64,000 nucleotides of DNA from Mantamonas sphyraenae STR306. Its lineage: Eukaryota; Protista; CRuMs. This document shows, one piece after another, positions 33,001 to 45,315 of the stretch. Both the position numbers and the translations under genes were made by a program. The notes under the pieces were generated by a model. It was given only the letters and a program-made list of their open reading frames with translations, did not search any database and was not told where the DNA came from. The stretch is from positions 1 to 64,000 of the forward strand of contig JAPMXV010000070.1 of NCBI GenBank assembly GCA_026936335.1. Reading direction: 5' to 3'. Within the stretch, counting starts at the first letter, position 1; every line of letters begins with the position of its first letter.

Positions 33001-36000
33001 CCACGAGTCGTCCAGTTGTTTCACAACCATCACCGCACGCAAGGCCTCCTTGTACGCGTTTGACCACGCGTTGCGGTTCGGTGCGTCCAGGTACGGCTCG
33101 TTCTTGTACGAGCTCCATGCAAGCTGCTCGTTCGAGCGCGACCCACGCAGCCCTGCGTACCGTTCACACAGCTGCAACGTACCACGCAGGTACCCTTCAA
33201 ACTGGTCCCGCAGCTCCGCCATTTGCTGCGAAAAGTTTGCATCGTTCTCTGCACACCACGCGTGCGCCGCCCACTCGCTCTTGGCCACCAGCATCATACG
33301 CAGTGCACGCATGCCCACAATGTGGTACTCTGCCGTCGGCTCCTTGGTGTTCAACAGCACAGGGAACGTCTTTTCCATCACAAACTCCAGCGAGTGCGCA
33401 GCCATCTGCAGCACCAGGTACGTCACCGCCTCCACAGACTCTTGCATGTCCGGCATCGGCTTCTTCTTGGGAAACAGGCTCTCGTTGAAGCTCTTCAGCC
33501 TGTCCCGGATCTTCTTTTGCGACCCAATCATCACGTGAGAGTACACCGTCGGATCTTGCAGCGGCACAGCCTCCACGCCGTTGCCGTCGCCATCCTCTCC
33601 GTCTGCGCCTCCGTCTGCGCCCGCAGACGACGATGTGCCTACCGTCATCCCAGACATCATCGAAATTCCAGAGTCCACCGTGCCCGTGCTGTCCACGCTC
33701 CCCGACCGCTCTCGCCCTCCTTCTGCCAAGTCCTCGTGCCTGTCGGGTGACCACAGCTCGGGGTCCACGTACGCATACGACCCACGCATCACGTACAGCA
33801 GACACGACAGGCAGTGGTTCTTCTTGTGCGGCACGTCCAGATGCTTCAGAATGCGCTTGTTCATGAAGCTCATCATGTTCTTCTCCACAAACTGCTCTGT
33901 TGAGCGCGACACAAGCGTCGCCATCAGCTTCAGTGACGGTGCCTTCAGCTCGCGCGTCTTGCTCCAGCTTTCTGCACGCTTGTACAGCACCGAGCACGCC
34001 TCAAAGTACTCCTCGTGCTTGCTCACGTCCACTTGCTTGAACTGGTGGATCAGACACTCGATTTCCAGCAGCGTGCTCGTCACATTCTTGGATCCCAACA
34101 GCCCGCTGATTTCCAGGTGCAGATCCACGAGCTTGCGAAGTGTCTTGTCGTCTGCGTTCTCCAAAACCAGCATGCGCATCGAACGCAGGTACCCGTCCAC
34201 CGTCACGTTCGTATACTTTTCCTTAAAGGCAGACGCCGGCAGCAGCTCCGTAAACACGTCCACGAGAAACGGCAGCCTGTGGTTGCTCACGTACGCGATG
34301 AACGCTGCCCACTGCTCCACATACTGCTCGCGGATGCGATGGTACGCAGCTGCATTCATCTCCGACGGCTTCTCGTCCTTGCAGATCTCAAACGACAGGA
34401 ACACCATGCTCTTCAGAAGCGAGTCGCTCAGATCGTCCCCTTCGTACTGGCGCATCACTTGCACCAACAGATCACTGATCATGAGGTTCACCAGCAGTTC
34501 TGTGATATCAAACGTCCTGTTTGTCTGCTCTGCGTCGATGCGCTCGTTCATGTAGTGGTCAAACGTAAAATCGTGCATGCTCTTCTTCAGCTCCTTCTTC
34601 CGCTCGGGCGCTGTCAGCTTGTACCGCGCGTACGTCTCTGAAAACGCAGGCAACCAGTGGATCAGTGCGTCCACCAGCAGATCCAGCACCTCGGGCCGCG
34701 CCGCACTGCGGAACAGCTTCAGGTCGTCCTTGTACCACTGCGTGTTGCGCGGAAAGCCAAGAAACAGATCCAGTTCGTACTGCTCCTCCGGATCCACGCT
34801 GTCCTTGCCTTTGCCCTTGCCCTTCTTGCTCTTGCTCTTCTTGGCCTTGCCTTTGCCCTTGCCCTTGCCACCGCCGTTCGCAAACGGGCCCTCTGCAATC
34901 TTTTCCTCAATCGCAAACGCCAGGTCGTCCTGCACAATGCGCAACAGCGACGTCACAATGTCCATCGCATTCATCTCCGACGCTGTCTTTTCCGCGTAAA
35001 ACTCCTCCCTTTCCTTCAGCTCCGCTTCCATCAGCGCCAGCAGCTCCGCCCCGTTCGACGCACCCACCAAGTCCTCCTCTTCGTCCTGTTCCTCCTCGCC
35101 CGTCTGATCCAGTCCCAGTAGCGATGATGTGGCTGCAGACAACTTTGGTTGCATCTGTTCCCTCTCCCTAGCCAGCGCTGCCTCGGCCTCTTCCAATTCC
35201 CGCTGCCTCGCCAACGCTGCTTCTTGCGCCTCCTTTTCGCGCTTCAGCCGCCGTGCCTCTCGTTGTGCCTCCCTCTGTGCTTCCTTGCGTCGCCTTCGCT
35301 CTTCTTCAAGCGCTTCTGCTTCCGCCAGAGCAGCCTGAGCCTCGGCCACCGCACGTGCCGCCTCGTCATCCCCGACTTCCTCTTCCGGCAGCCCTTCCAG
35401 GCCGCCCCGTCCAGGCGCAGGGATGTCAAACGACCCTGAGCTCTCTCCTCTCTTGGGCGACGGCGGTCCATGTCCGTTTGCGTTGCCTCCCTTCCTGTGA
35501 CGACGCTTGCGTCGCGAACCTTTGCCATCCTCGCTTCCCACGCTCGTCGTCGACGACCTGCACGCGCCGAACATTGCCCACCCACGCCGTGTCAGCTGTT
35601 CTGCCCATGTTTCCCACCCCCTCCACACATCCTCCCGATCCCTCTTTCCTCCCGCCTCGCCATGGCACACGCGTGCGTGCCTTGCTTCCTCCCGCACACG
35701 CAGCAACAATACCGCGCCGGGCCCCGCGAAATGACAACGGACAAAAAAACGTCGCCGAAATGCGCAGGCCGACTTTTCCCACGTCTCCCGCTCTCACCGC
35801 CGCTCACTCATTGGCACTTTGCCCTCTCCCCATCCCCATCCCGTCCTCTATCTCCTTTGTTTCCCCCCGTCCCACCATTGCGCTCACAAACTCACCCGCC
35901 CACAGACTTGGCCGTGTTGCTGGCCACCGAGTACCCCACAGAGTCGGCGTCGTCTTCCTCCGCTGCACCGCCACCGGAGTAGCCAAGATTCTGCATAAGC

Positions 36001-36221
36001 GCCCCTGCTGTGATGGCAGAGCGTCCCCGCAGCGACGGCACGCGAGGCCCCACCGCATTGTCTTGCGCTGTGCTCTTTGTCGATGTCACTTTCTGCCCCT
36101 CGCGTCCGCCTCGGCTCGGCGCCGCCCCAGCGGCTCCCTGGTCCACAAAGTCAAACCCATCTCCGGTCTCAGACTGTGTAAAGCCAAACTCGGCCATCAA
36201 GGCCTCCTCTTCGTCCGACAT
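27079..36221 (-). CDS. Furry/Tao3/Mor2-family scaffold with C-terminal RGS domain (~2930 aa; intron 35558-35895)
   Basis: Furry-like blocks LYKRAESWSK...LMATLVSRS, SLFPKKK...LQMAAHSLEFVM...IVGMRAL, ALRWSIGCS...SQIYR, FWSVCALL, WRPAFEGM. RGS: RILKRPQLRPTFEAYVESNFEAAWINFFAAIEDY...AKSIVDRFV...LFRAAKEEVLTYL...FAKFIRTSTY. Phase-2 intron links the MSDEEE exon. Confidence 0.85.
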
Positions 36222-36319
36222 TTGGATGATGTTGGCCAGCACGGCGCCCGCAGCCCCAACCCTCGTCCCCAACCCTCGCTCGCCCCTCTCCTCCGCTGCA
36301 TCCACACACGCCCTCCCAG

Positions 36320-38059
36320 ATGAGCGCAGGTCAGGTCAAACCCACCTTCCGCGAGGACTTTATTGTCATCTCAGAGTTCAGCGAGCAGGAGGGTCCCATC
36401 CCGCTTCTCGTCATTCCCGAGGGTGCCGAGGGCAATTACGACCTCCACCGCTTTGTTCTTCGCTGCATGGCCCAGGACTACCAGTCGCAATCAAAGACAG
36501 AGCCTGGTCTGGCTGCTGCAGACACACAGGTCGTCCTCTGTGAACAAACCGAGGGCGCCTTTGCTTACGTGCGTCCACCTAGGTTTCTCGCTCCCGCAGA
36601 CCCTTTTCCTCTCCGCCATCCCGTCCCTCGCCCACATGCTCCCCCGTTCCACCACTGACACAACCCCCTTCCCCATCCCGTGGCTGTTAACCCGTCCTCC
36701 CAACTGGTCTTGTACCGAAATCCTCCTCCCTCTTTCTCTCTCGCTCCTCGCACCTCCACACAGGTCCACCATCTCACCCTGCACGACGTCTTTGCACGTG
36801 GATACGTGCGCCCCGTTTGCATGGCTCTCATCACCAGCGACGCCTCGAAGATCATGATCAGTTTCGACAGCATCCTCGAAGAGTTCAGCGCCATCTCCGA
36901 CGCCCTCAAACGCGGCAACCGTGAACGCTTCACCGCAGACCTCGACGCACGCAAGGAAGACCTCCAGCGTTGCAAGGAGTTTATGGAAAGCAAGCAGCAC
37001 GACGAGGAATTGGCCCAGGTATGTCCGTCGCAACCCAAACAACACCCACACGCTTCTCTTTTGTGCCCTTGCGTTCCTCCGCCCTTGTGTTTATCCAGCC
37101 CCACTGACCGCCATGCGCGCCACGCCGCCTGCTTGCCACCTGCACCACTCTGCAATGGTTGTCACTCGCCACTCCAGTCGGCCCCATTTACCCCAGACAT
37201 GCTCCAACGCATCATGGAGGACATTGAAAACATGAAGACCCGCATCGCTCTCTCCGAAGAAGGGTATACCGTACAGGAAATCCGCGAGTACCTGATGAAC
37301 CTCAACGAGATCTCTGACGACGACGACGACGACGACGCTGTCGCCAGCCAGAGCCCACAGCAGCAGGCTCAGGCGGCGCCTCAGCAGCAGTACACGTCGA
37401 TCAGCGAAGGCCTCGCCCAGTACGAGGCACAGCGAGCCGGCACAGACTCGCCCGCCCCGGAACAGCAGGTTCACTTGCCACAGGTGCACGACAGTACTGT
37501 CGAATCTGACCTCGGCACCAGCTGGCGCGATACCCCCGAGTACAAGCTCGCCTCGACCCCCACCGCCGCCTCCACCTTGACAGGCTCCTCCCTCGCCAGC
37601 AAGAGCATGCCCCGCTTCCAAACAAACCTCACGGGCTTCCTCAGCAACACCTTTGCCCAGGAGCTCACAGACACCCTCAAGCAAGAGAACTACCAAGAGA
37701 TGGTCGATCTGTTTTCTCGCCTCCAAAAGCAGGGCAACAACTTTGACAAGGTCCTCCGCACCATGCTCGAACTCTGCGGCAGTGATACCTACCACACTGC
37801 CGTCAACAGGCTCGTCGAACTCCAGCATCACTTTCGCAAACCCACCCTCGCTCTCAAGCTCGAAACAGAGGACTGCGCCCTCCTCTCGCCCCCCACCTCG
37901 GTACTCACCATTGGCAACACCGTCGTCACGAACTATGCCGTCGGTACAGAATCTCTCTTTGAGGTGCCCGAGGTTTCCTCTTCCAAGGCCCTGGGGTTCC
38001 GCCGATTCATGTCCGAAAACGCAGACATGGTCATCGGCGCTTCTTCCTCCTCCTCCTCC

Positions 38060-38091
<32 letters not shown>

Positions 38092-39157
38092 GTCTTCCTC
38101 CTCTCCTGTGTCGGAAACCGCTTCGCCCATGTCTGCCGCCGACAACTTTGTCGATGCCCCGGAGGACTTTTCCCTGGGCGACCAACACGATCAGGATGGT
38201 TTTGTGCCGCCCCATGGTTACGACTACCTGCCAAAGTTTGACCAGCAGCGCAACATGGACCTGCCCATCGATTTCTTCGCCAATCAGCTCTGGGATCCCG
38301 AGCACGTCACCGGGCGCAACGTCCTCAATCTCCGCTCACGCCTGTGGTTCACCAAACACCTCATCTTCTCCCTGCTGAAAGGAAGACCCGTGATTGTGCT
38401 CGGCCAGGCCAAGAACGAGGAGCAGATTCGCGGCGTAATCAACGCCCTCTCCATCTTTGTGCCAGGCACGATGAAGCCTGGCGTTGTCGTGCGCTGGAAA
38501 GAGGACGCCCTCTCCCTCACAGACCTCGCTTCCATCAAGCTCGTGGGAATGTGCAAGTCGGTGGGCGTCAGCAGCACTGTGGAGCGCTATGTCAGCTTGT
38601 ATGACTTTGAAGGCGACGTCCTGCGCGCGCCCCCGTACGCCGACGGCTTCCTGGTGGAAGATCTGGTGGCCAGTAAGCAGACCTGGCCCGACGAGGACAC
38701 CTACCTCGCCCATGTGCATAGCTGCTACCTGGAGATGGCGACCCTCGCCTCGCTGTACTACCACCGATGTTTCGTCGGCCTCACCCCCATGTGGACAACC
38801 TCGGAGCGTGTCGAGATGCGTGCTCTTTACGGCGAGATGGGTGACCTGCTGGATGGCATGGAGGACGAAGTCAGCTTTGGCAAGAACGTGCCTGTGCCCT
38901 CTGTGCGCGAGAACGGTGTCGCTGTCCTCACCGAGCTTGGCATCGAGGGCGCCAACGACATCGAGATTATAGAGTACCTCGCCAGCCTTGTCCGAGACCA
39001 GCAGCAAGCTGCCTTTGTCAACGGCCACGCTGGCAGTGCATACCACAGCCTCGGCGCGACTGCCGCCTTTGAACTTACCGACGAAACAGACAGCGCTCCT
39101 GAGTTGCGCCTGGACACTCACAAGACCATGCTCTTTCGCAACATGCGCAGTGGATGA
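36320..39157 (+). CDS. SMCR8: SMCR8-like DENN/longin (folliculin-family) protein (introns 36569-36763, 37019-37177)
   Basis: DFIVISEFSEQEGPIPL, FVLRCMAQDYQ, spliced [43 protein letters not shown]. Confidence 0.85.
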
Positions 39158-39376
39158 CAGCACGGCTGCAGCTGCAGACTGTGAGGCAGCGTCGAGAAAG
39201 AGAATCGACGCGTGGGCCTGCGGAAGAATGCATGCCCATTCACAAGTTGCCATTGACATCTCCCGGCTTCTCCATCCCCACACTCCCGTCACTCATGCGC
39301 ACACCGTTCATGCTAGTCCACATCTCATCACGCACCCGTGGGTCGGCACAAGCAAACAAGTGCCACCTCCCCTCCA

Positions 39377-41517
39377 ATGAGCAGCGGGGGTGAGGGCGGC
39401 TCGTCGCGCCAATGGCATTTGTTTGACCTCACATTCAACCTGAGTGCATACAGCGACGATTTTTTCCGAAACAACGACTTTAACGGGGCAGACGATGGTG
39501 TGCGGATGGTGTTTTCTCCGCGGGAGGAGCAATCAGGCTTCTCTGCGCTGATCCACACCGTGAAGAAGGGCTTGAATCTGGAGCAGGACACGTGGGCGCT
39601 GGGCAGATGCTTCCGTGCCCTCGAGTATCAGATGGAAGAGGGCGCCGTGTTTTCAAAGAGTTTGGACCAACTGTGTTTGGCACACGGCAACCTGCACAGG
39701 CTCCACACCCTCGTATTTAACAACCACGAAAGCTGCGAGCAGATATGGGACTATGTGACAAAGGTGCGTCCATGCGATGTGTAGCTGTCACGAGGCGGTG
39801 CTTGTGCCGCACACGCCTTGCTGGACCCGCTGGCTTGTTCCTTGTGCGATTTCCGCAACACAGGGGGCGTCCCTTTGCACACGGCGCCCACATGGAAACT
39901 GACACCGGTAGGGTTTGTACCACCACCGGCACATCCCAGGTTGGCTCGTTCTTGTTGGGCAAATTGATCGAGGTAGCGGAGGAGGGCAGCAAGGCGCAAC
40001 GACGGGACAAAGTGCTTGCCTGCGAGGTGATCACACAGCTGCTGGAGTTCCACGAGGGCTACTTTCGTGCGGACAAGTATCGAGACAAGCTGGCCATCAC
40101 GCGGGCGACTCTCATTGCCTCTGTCCTGGAGGTGCTGGAGGACCAGGTCAACGACGGCGTGCTCAACTACTACTCCGAGTATGCGTTGGGCACGTACCAC
40201 GAACAGCTGCAAACCCTGAAATCCCTGGGCATGGATGCACAGGTGAGCCACGACATCGCCACGTACATGGACATTGTTCGGCAGCAGCTCAAGAACAATT
40301 TTGTGCGCGACTTGAGCAAGCTGTACGACGAACACGACGCAAACGCAAGCCGCATCGCAAACGCCCTTGCCGAGTCGGGCCTCCATTTGGGCGTCCCGGG
40401 CGTCCAATTGCTGTCCTTTGCCGACCAGCTACCGCTCGAGGCCGATGTGGCAGAAGACGAGACAAACCACATTGCCCAAACGGGCTCGTCCAGCCACGAC
40501 AACCAGACGGGGGAGGACCACAAAGGCGGCGACAGCGGCTCTGAAGAGCAGCCGCTGACTCTGCTGGACGACGAAACAATGGATCGCTTCTTGGAGCTGT
40601 TCCGCAGCGAGTTTTACCAAAGCAGCGAAAACACACACCTGTTGTTTGGCAACTACAGCTACTACGACAAACTGGCCGTGTTCAACGAAAGGCTCATTCG
40701 TTTGGCCGAGTATGACGGCACGGGATCCAACGTACGCATGCTGCTTGAACAGATGCGGCCCGTGCTGGACCAATGTCTGGGCGATCTCACCTGGGCTGTG
40801 GGCGAGGTGGAGAAGCAGTGCATGCGCGCGGGTATGGCCACAGCCTCTATGCGCCTGACCATTGCCGCAAACATCGGCTCGGCATTGTGGAAAGACGTCC
40901 CCGAGTCGTTTCCGTACGACGTCCACGTCAACAAGGACCAGGGCGCCGACCGGATGCAGGAAATCACTGTCGAGTCCCTCGATGAATTCATGGCACTGCG
41001 TGTTCAGGTCCTCTCCAAGATTGTCGGCTTTCCGTCGTCATTTCCGGCCGCCCTACCAAACCTGTGGATCCCGCTGGCCTCTCGCCGCTCCAAGAAGCAG
41101 CTCATGCGCACACAGAGCGGCAGGTTAATCAGCAAAAAGAGCATGGAGGAAGAACTGCGCATGCAGATTCTGGCTGCCCAGCAGATGCAGCGAGAAGGGC
41201 TGGATGTCGCCGAGACTGAGTCGGGCTTTGGCGGTGGTGACGGCGACAGCAAAGCCCTTGCTGATTCTCTAAAGGACATCCAAGCAGCACAGGAGCAATT
41301 GGTCATGCTCACCGACGAGGAGCAGCAGTATGAAGCCATGGCCAAGCACGATGTGCTGTGGGTAGCGGATGAGCGCCAGTGGTTCATGGTCGCCATTCAG
41401 TACAACGAGTTTCTGCAAGTGCTGCAAGGTCTGCAGAAAAACCTGTGCGAAATCCACCAGAAGCTGTTTGGGCTGCGCCAACAGATCGAAGCGTCGGTTG
41501 ACGGGAGTGACAGCGAA

Positions 41518-41553
<36 letters not shown>

Positions 41554-41595
41554 GAGGACGGTGGACCCAGTGGAAATGCACGGAACGCTTCATGA
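39377..41595 (+). CDS. Uncharacterised ~680-aa helical protein with C-terminal coiled coil (intron 39764-39939)
   Basis: Two ORFs joined in phase 0 by GTGCGT...ACTGAC...CCCAG; coding-like composition; no family recognised. Confidence 0.75.
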
Positions 41596-42873
41596 CAATC
41601 CATTTGTGGTACTTGGGGCACTCGATGAAGAAGAGCGGACGTGGCTGGGTGTCGTCAGCAGCAGCAACGCGTCGCTGGGTGCTGTGAGCAGCGTGAGGAA
41701 ATCCTCGGTTGTCTCGACCTGCACCCAATCCGACGGTTCCTCCAGCCGCGCCTCAGCTGGGTGCAAGTCCTCCACAAGGGCGGTGAGATCGGACAGGAGC
41801 AAGAGGTGGTCGAGGAGATCCCCTGTGGGTGTGGCTGCGACAAGCTCGCCGACGCGCGCCTGCTTTTCTTGCAGCCGCGACGACGTCTCTTCAAATGGCA
41901 GAACGTGACTGTGCATCAGTGCATGGAGTCTTTGCTTGGTCTGTGCGTGGATGTCGTCCACCCAAGCGTGTAGCGCATGAATGTGCTCCTCAACCGTGGA
42001 CGCCGCTGCGGCGCTCGAACGACGCATGCGCGGCACACGATCACTGTATGCCTCGCGCAACCGATTGACTGCGTTCTGTTGCTCGCAAAGGATCCTCTGC
42101 GTGTCTTCTATCTGTGCTTGTGCTTGCTCCACGCTCCAGTCGGTCAGCGGGCCAAAGTCGTGCCCTTTGTGGTCCGCCAGCAGCAGACAGTCGCTGCACA
42201 CCACCTGCGTGCATTCGACACACACAAAGTCTTTGTCTTTGCTGTGCTCGACACACACGCGACGTCTGTATGCGGCCATCTCCATGCCGCTGTGGTCGGA
42301 AGAGTTTTTCAGTGCCAACGGCAGCATTCGGTGGACATCGACGTAGCAGCGTCCACACAAAGCTAACCTGCATGCGTTGCAATACCTCTCTGCGTCGCCA
42401 AAGCCACACTGGTTTGCACAGGGCACGGAGGAGGGCGCGCCAACCTCGTCCAGCGTGTCTTCTCCCTCGCCAGCCGTGGTCTCTTCCTCCTCCTGGTGTG
42501 ACATCGAAAGCACCAAGGACCACACATCCTCGCTGGACTGGTTGTGTACATCCTGACGCAACAGGGACGACAGCTTGGGCTTGGCCGATTTGGCAAGCGC
42601 TGCTTCCTGCTCGGCCACCTTGGCCTGCGCTGCTCGCTCTTCCTCAAGCCGCACACGGATGCGAGCCAAGGACACATCAAACCGAGGCAGCCCCTGCAGG
42701 CCGTGCATGCCCAGGGTGTGCTTGGTTTTGCACGTTGGGCAGTAGAGCGCGCGGGATGCGTTCACGAGCAGCTGCAAGCAGCCGTCACAAAACACGTGGC
42801 CACAGGACAACTCGCGTGCATCAACCAAACTCTCTTCGAGAGAGGTGAAGCACGTGGCACACGCCAACGCCAT
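41590..42873 (-). CDS. TRIM/RBCC-like E3 ligase (RING, two B-boxes, coiled coil)
   Basis: CATC...LSCGHVFCDGC...CPTC; CANQC...YCNACRLALCGRCYVDVH; CVEH...VCVECTQVVCSDCLLLADHKGH; helical tail. Confidence 0.88.
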   Translation of the reverse strand: MALACATCFTSLEESLVDARELSCGHVFCDGCLQLLVNASRALYCPTCKTKHTLGMHGLQGLPRFDVSLARIRVRLEEERAAQAKVAEQEAALAKSAKPKLSSLLRQDVHNQSSEDVWSLVLSMSHQEEEETTAGEGEDTLDEVGAPSSVPCANQCGFGDAERYCNACRLALCGRCYVDVHRMLPLALKNSSDHSGMEMAAYRRRVCVEHSKDKDFVCVECTQVVCSDCLLLADHKGHDFGPLTDWSVEQAQAQIEDTQRILCEQQNAVNRLREAYSDRVPRMRRSSAAAASTVEEHIHALHAWVDDIHAQTKQRLHALMHSHVLPFEETSSRLQEKQARVGELVAATPTGDLLDHLLLLSDLTALVEDLHPAEARLEEPSDWVQVETTEDFLTLLTAPSDALLLLTTPSHVRSSSSSAPSTTNGLS

Positions 42874-42933
42874 GTTTCGAACGGTTGGTGGCGACTGCGC
42901 AGGCCCACCCACCCAACCACAAACCACACCCAA

Positions 42934-43647
42934 ATGAGCAGCAGCAAGGAAGAAGAGAAATCGTCCCGCTACACCCTGGACACCGGTGACATCAGCGATG
43001 AGCTGGAGAAGCAATACCCCGACGCGGCCGCGCTCCTGAAGCCCATGGAGGGACAAGGTGTCAAGCACTTTGACATCTATCTCATGCTGTGCAAACGCCT
43101 CGGCCTCACCGTGTACGGCGACATCTACGAGCAGTTCTCCACATGTGTGGTCGACGAGACGTGGAGCCTGAAGAAGACGCAGCTGCTCAAGTCGAGTGCC
43201 AAACAACGCATCCTCAAGGTGGTTCAGTCGATCCTCGACCATGACAAAGCCATGAGGAAGCTTGAGGAGCTGTTTGAGGCCGGAGAAAAGGCCTCCAGCG
43301 AGAGCACCGACAAGCTCATCTTCTCCTCGGAGGACTTGGAAGCGGCATACGGCGAGTTTCCCGTAATCGCCCAGCTGCTCGAGCCCCTTGTTGGCTGCTC
43401 CTTCAACGAGATCACCCACTTTCTCATCAAAAAGTGGGAGCTTCCCACCTTCTGCGACATGCAGAACGACTGGGAGGGCCAGGTGGTCACCAGTGACAGC
43501 GTGTTCCGCATGAACCAGACCTCGTTCGGCCTGCGCAGCGCCTGCCGTACAAATTTCCTGAAGAAGCTTGACGCCATGAACGAAACCTACAAGGCTCGTG
43601 TCTCCCTGGAGATCCCGGCCAACGCTTTCTTCAAGAAGCAGCAATAA
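42934..43647 (+). CDS. Uncharacterised 237-aa protein with two-fold internal repeat, possibly tandem SAM-like
   Basis: ATG after C/A-rich leader; the halves align (ELEKQYPDAAALLKPMEG...LKSSAKQRILK / DLEAAYGEFPVIAQLLEPLVG...LRSACRTNFLK). Confidence 0.7.
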   Translation: MSSSKEEEKSSRYTLDTGDISDELEKQYPDAAALLKPMEGQGVKHFDIYLMLCKRLGLTVYGDIYEQFSTCVVDETWSLKKTQLLKSSAKQRILKVVQSILDHDKAMRKLEELFEAGEKASSESTDKLIFSSEDLEAAYGEFPVIAQLLEPLVGCSFNEITHFLIKKWELPTFCDMQNDWEGQVVTSDSVFRMNQTSFGLRSACRTNFLKKLDAMNETYKARVSLEIPANAFFKKQQ

Positions 43648-43794
43648 TCGTGAGATGCACGGACCTGTCGAACTTTGCCTGCAGGCGAGCACGAACGCCC
43701 GCAGACTGCAGAAGCGCAAACAGAACAAAAGTCAAAACCCCGCGGCTCCTTTTTGCCAAAAAAGCCCTCCGCGGCCGCCACCAACCGCTCCCCC

Positions 43795-45231
43795 ATGCGC
43801 CCCCCGTCTCTTGCTGTCGGGTTTGCAATCACTGCAATCCTGTTGATCGTCAACCATGTGCAACCGTGGCATGCGCGCCGCCTGTACGCCACCCTGCGGT
43901 CGCAAGGAGCCAGCGTCCATGTCAACGAAGGATTCCAAATACGCGTCGTGCAATACCGCAAGGGCCACACAGACCTGCGCCAAATCAGCAACAGCACCGT
44001 GCCCGTCCTCATCCGGGGCTACACTCAGGCCGAAATCAGCAGCTGGCCTGCATGGGAACGCTGGCAGGACCCCGAACACTGGGCGAAGCGGCTCCCGCAG
44101 CTCCTGAACGCCCGCGTATCCAACACCAGCACATTCTACGTGGCCAAGTCCAAGCAGGCAAGTACAGGAGACAGCCAACTTAGTGTTGGGCGACGCGATG
44201 TCCACGTGGACACCTCTGTGGCCAGCGCGGTGGCCATGGACCGGACGCACGAGCTCAAAACCTATTTCTACTGGTCTCGCGGCATCAATGACACTGGACG
44301 CACGGTGCGAAGCGACGTCGACGACGTCCATGCCCGCCTGTGGATGGGCGACTCCACCACAGCCAACGTGTGGTTCACAAACTACGGCGTCACCACTCCG
44401 GCGCATCTCGACCGCAACCTCAACTTTGTCGTCCAGATGACTGGCAGCAAGCGCTGGTGGGTGTGGCCCCCGGCTCAAATCAGCTTCCTCCACCTCTTCC
44501 CATCCCTCCATGTCCACTTTCAACAGAGCCAGGTGCCGTTTGGCAGCAGCCTCAACGCAACCACGTACTCCCTGGTGCACAATGCCCAGGCCACACAATT
44601 TGATGTCCATCCAGGCGATCTCCTCTTTATGCCCGCCTACTGGATGCACCGTGTGCAGAGTCTCCACCACCACGCCATCAGCCTGAGCGTTATAGCCGAC
44701 TCCCCGCAACAAGACGCTTGCGCACAAGCCTTCAACGCCCCGCTGCCCTTCCAGTCCCACTGGAGCATGCAACAACGCACCGTTTCAGCACGCGTGTACG
44801 CACGCATCCTCCTCCACGAGCTGCTGGCCGTACTTCCGTACCCAAACCCGGCGTCGGTGGACGCACATAGCCTGGGGTTCCTCCAGGGCATCCGCACCCC
44901 CCACGAGTTTGTTTCAGTCCTCCTCGCCTCCCGTTTCTCACCTCTCGCGCCCCATCTGCTGAGTCGCCCCGACGACGTTGCATACGCCGTCACTCGCACC
45001 CGCTGCTTCGAACAGAGTCGCGTCAGCGATGCCACACGCGACTACTGGCGCAGCCACATACGCAAACACGTCGTGCAACCTCTCCTGGCCTCCAACGTTG
45101 CCCAACGTGGCTTTGTCGACTTTTGCCTTGCCGACCATCTCGAGCAGATCGGCGCCTGGGCGCTCGGCCCCACCAATGCCATCCACTTTCTGCGCATGTG
45201 TTTCATGAACGCCTTTGGCGAGGACCAATAG
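43795..45231 (+). CDS. JmjC/cupin_8 2-oxoglutarate-Fe(II) oxygenase with N-terminal signal/anchor
   Basis: NVWF...TTPAHLDRNLNFVVQMTGSKRW...HPGDLLFMPAYWMHRV (HxD...H); hydrophobic N-terminus. Confidence 0.88.
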   Translation: MRPPSLAVGFAITAILLIVNHVQPWHARRLYATLRSQGASVHVNEGFQIRVVQYRKGHTDLRQISNSTVPVLIRGYTQAEISSWPAWERWQDPEHWAKRLPQLLNARVSNTSTFYVAKSKQASTGDSQLSVGRRDVHVDTSVASAVAMDRTHELKTYFYWSRGINDTGRTVRSDVDDVHARLWMGDSTTANVWFTNYGVTTPAHLDRNLNFVVQMTGSKRWWVWPPAQISFLHLFPSLHVHFQQSQVPFGSSLNATTYSLVHNAQATQFDVHPGDLLFMPAYWMHRVQSLHHHAISLSVIADSPQQDACAQAFNAPLPFQSHWSMQQRTVSARVYARILLHELLAVLPYPNPASVDAHSLGFLQGIRTPHEFVSVLLASRFSPLAPHLLSRPDDVAYAVTRTRCFEQSRVSDATRDYWRSHIRKHVVQPLLASNVAQRGFVDFCLADHLEQIGAWALGPTNAIHFLRMCFMNAFGEDQ

Positions 45232-45315
45232 GCCAATAGGCCAAGCAAAGGTGGGACAGAACCCACCATCCACCCCCTAGCTCGCCCAAAATAATTAAAC
45301 AGTATTTCCGACCCC

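Noticed and set aside
22268-33063. Long antisense ORFs (e.g. 22268-25294, 27073-28866, 30352-33063; also 51054-53009, 59678-61504)
   Set aside because: Shadows of GC3-rich genes on the opposite strand; His/Arg/Leu-biased, no motifs.
37019-37177. Cys/Pro-rich insertions in SMCR8 (and FKBP 53949-54056)
   Set aside because: Best explained as stop-free 3n introns with normal donors and acceptors.
42874-43728. 712-aa version of the RING/B-box ORF
   Set aside because: The extension is antisense to the 42934-43647 gene; the RING begins right after ATG 42873.
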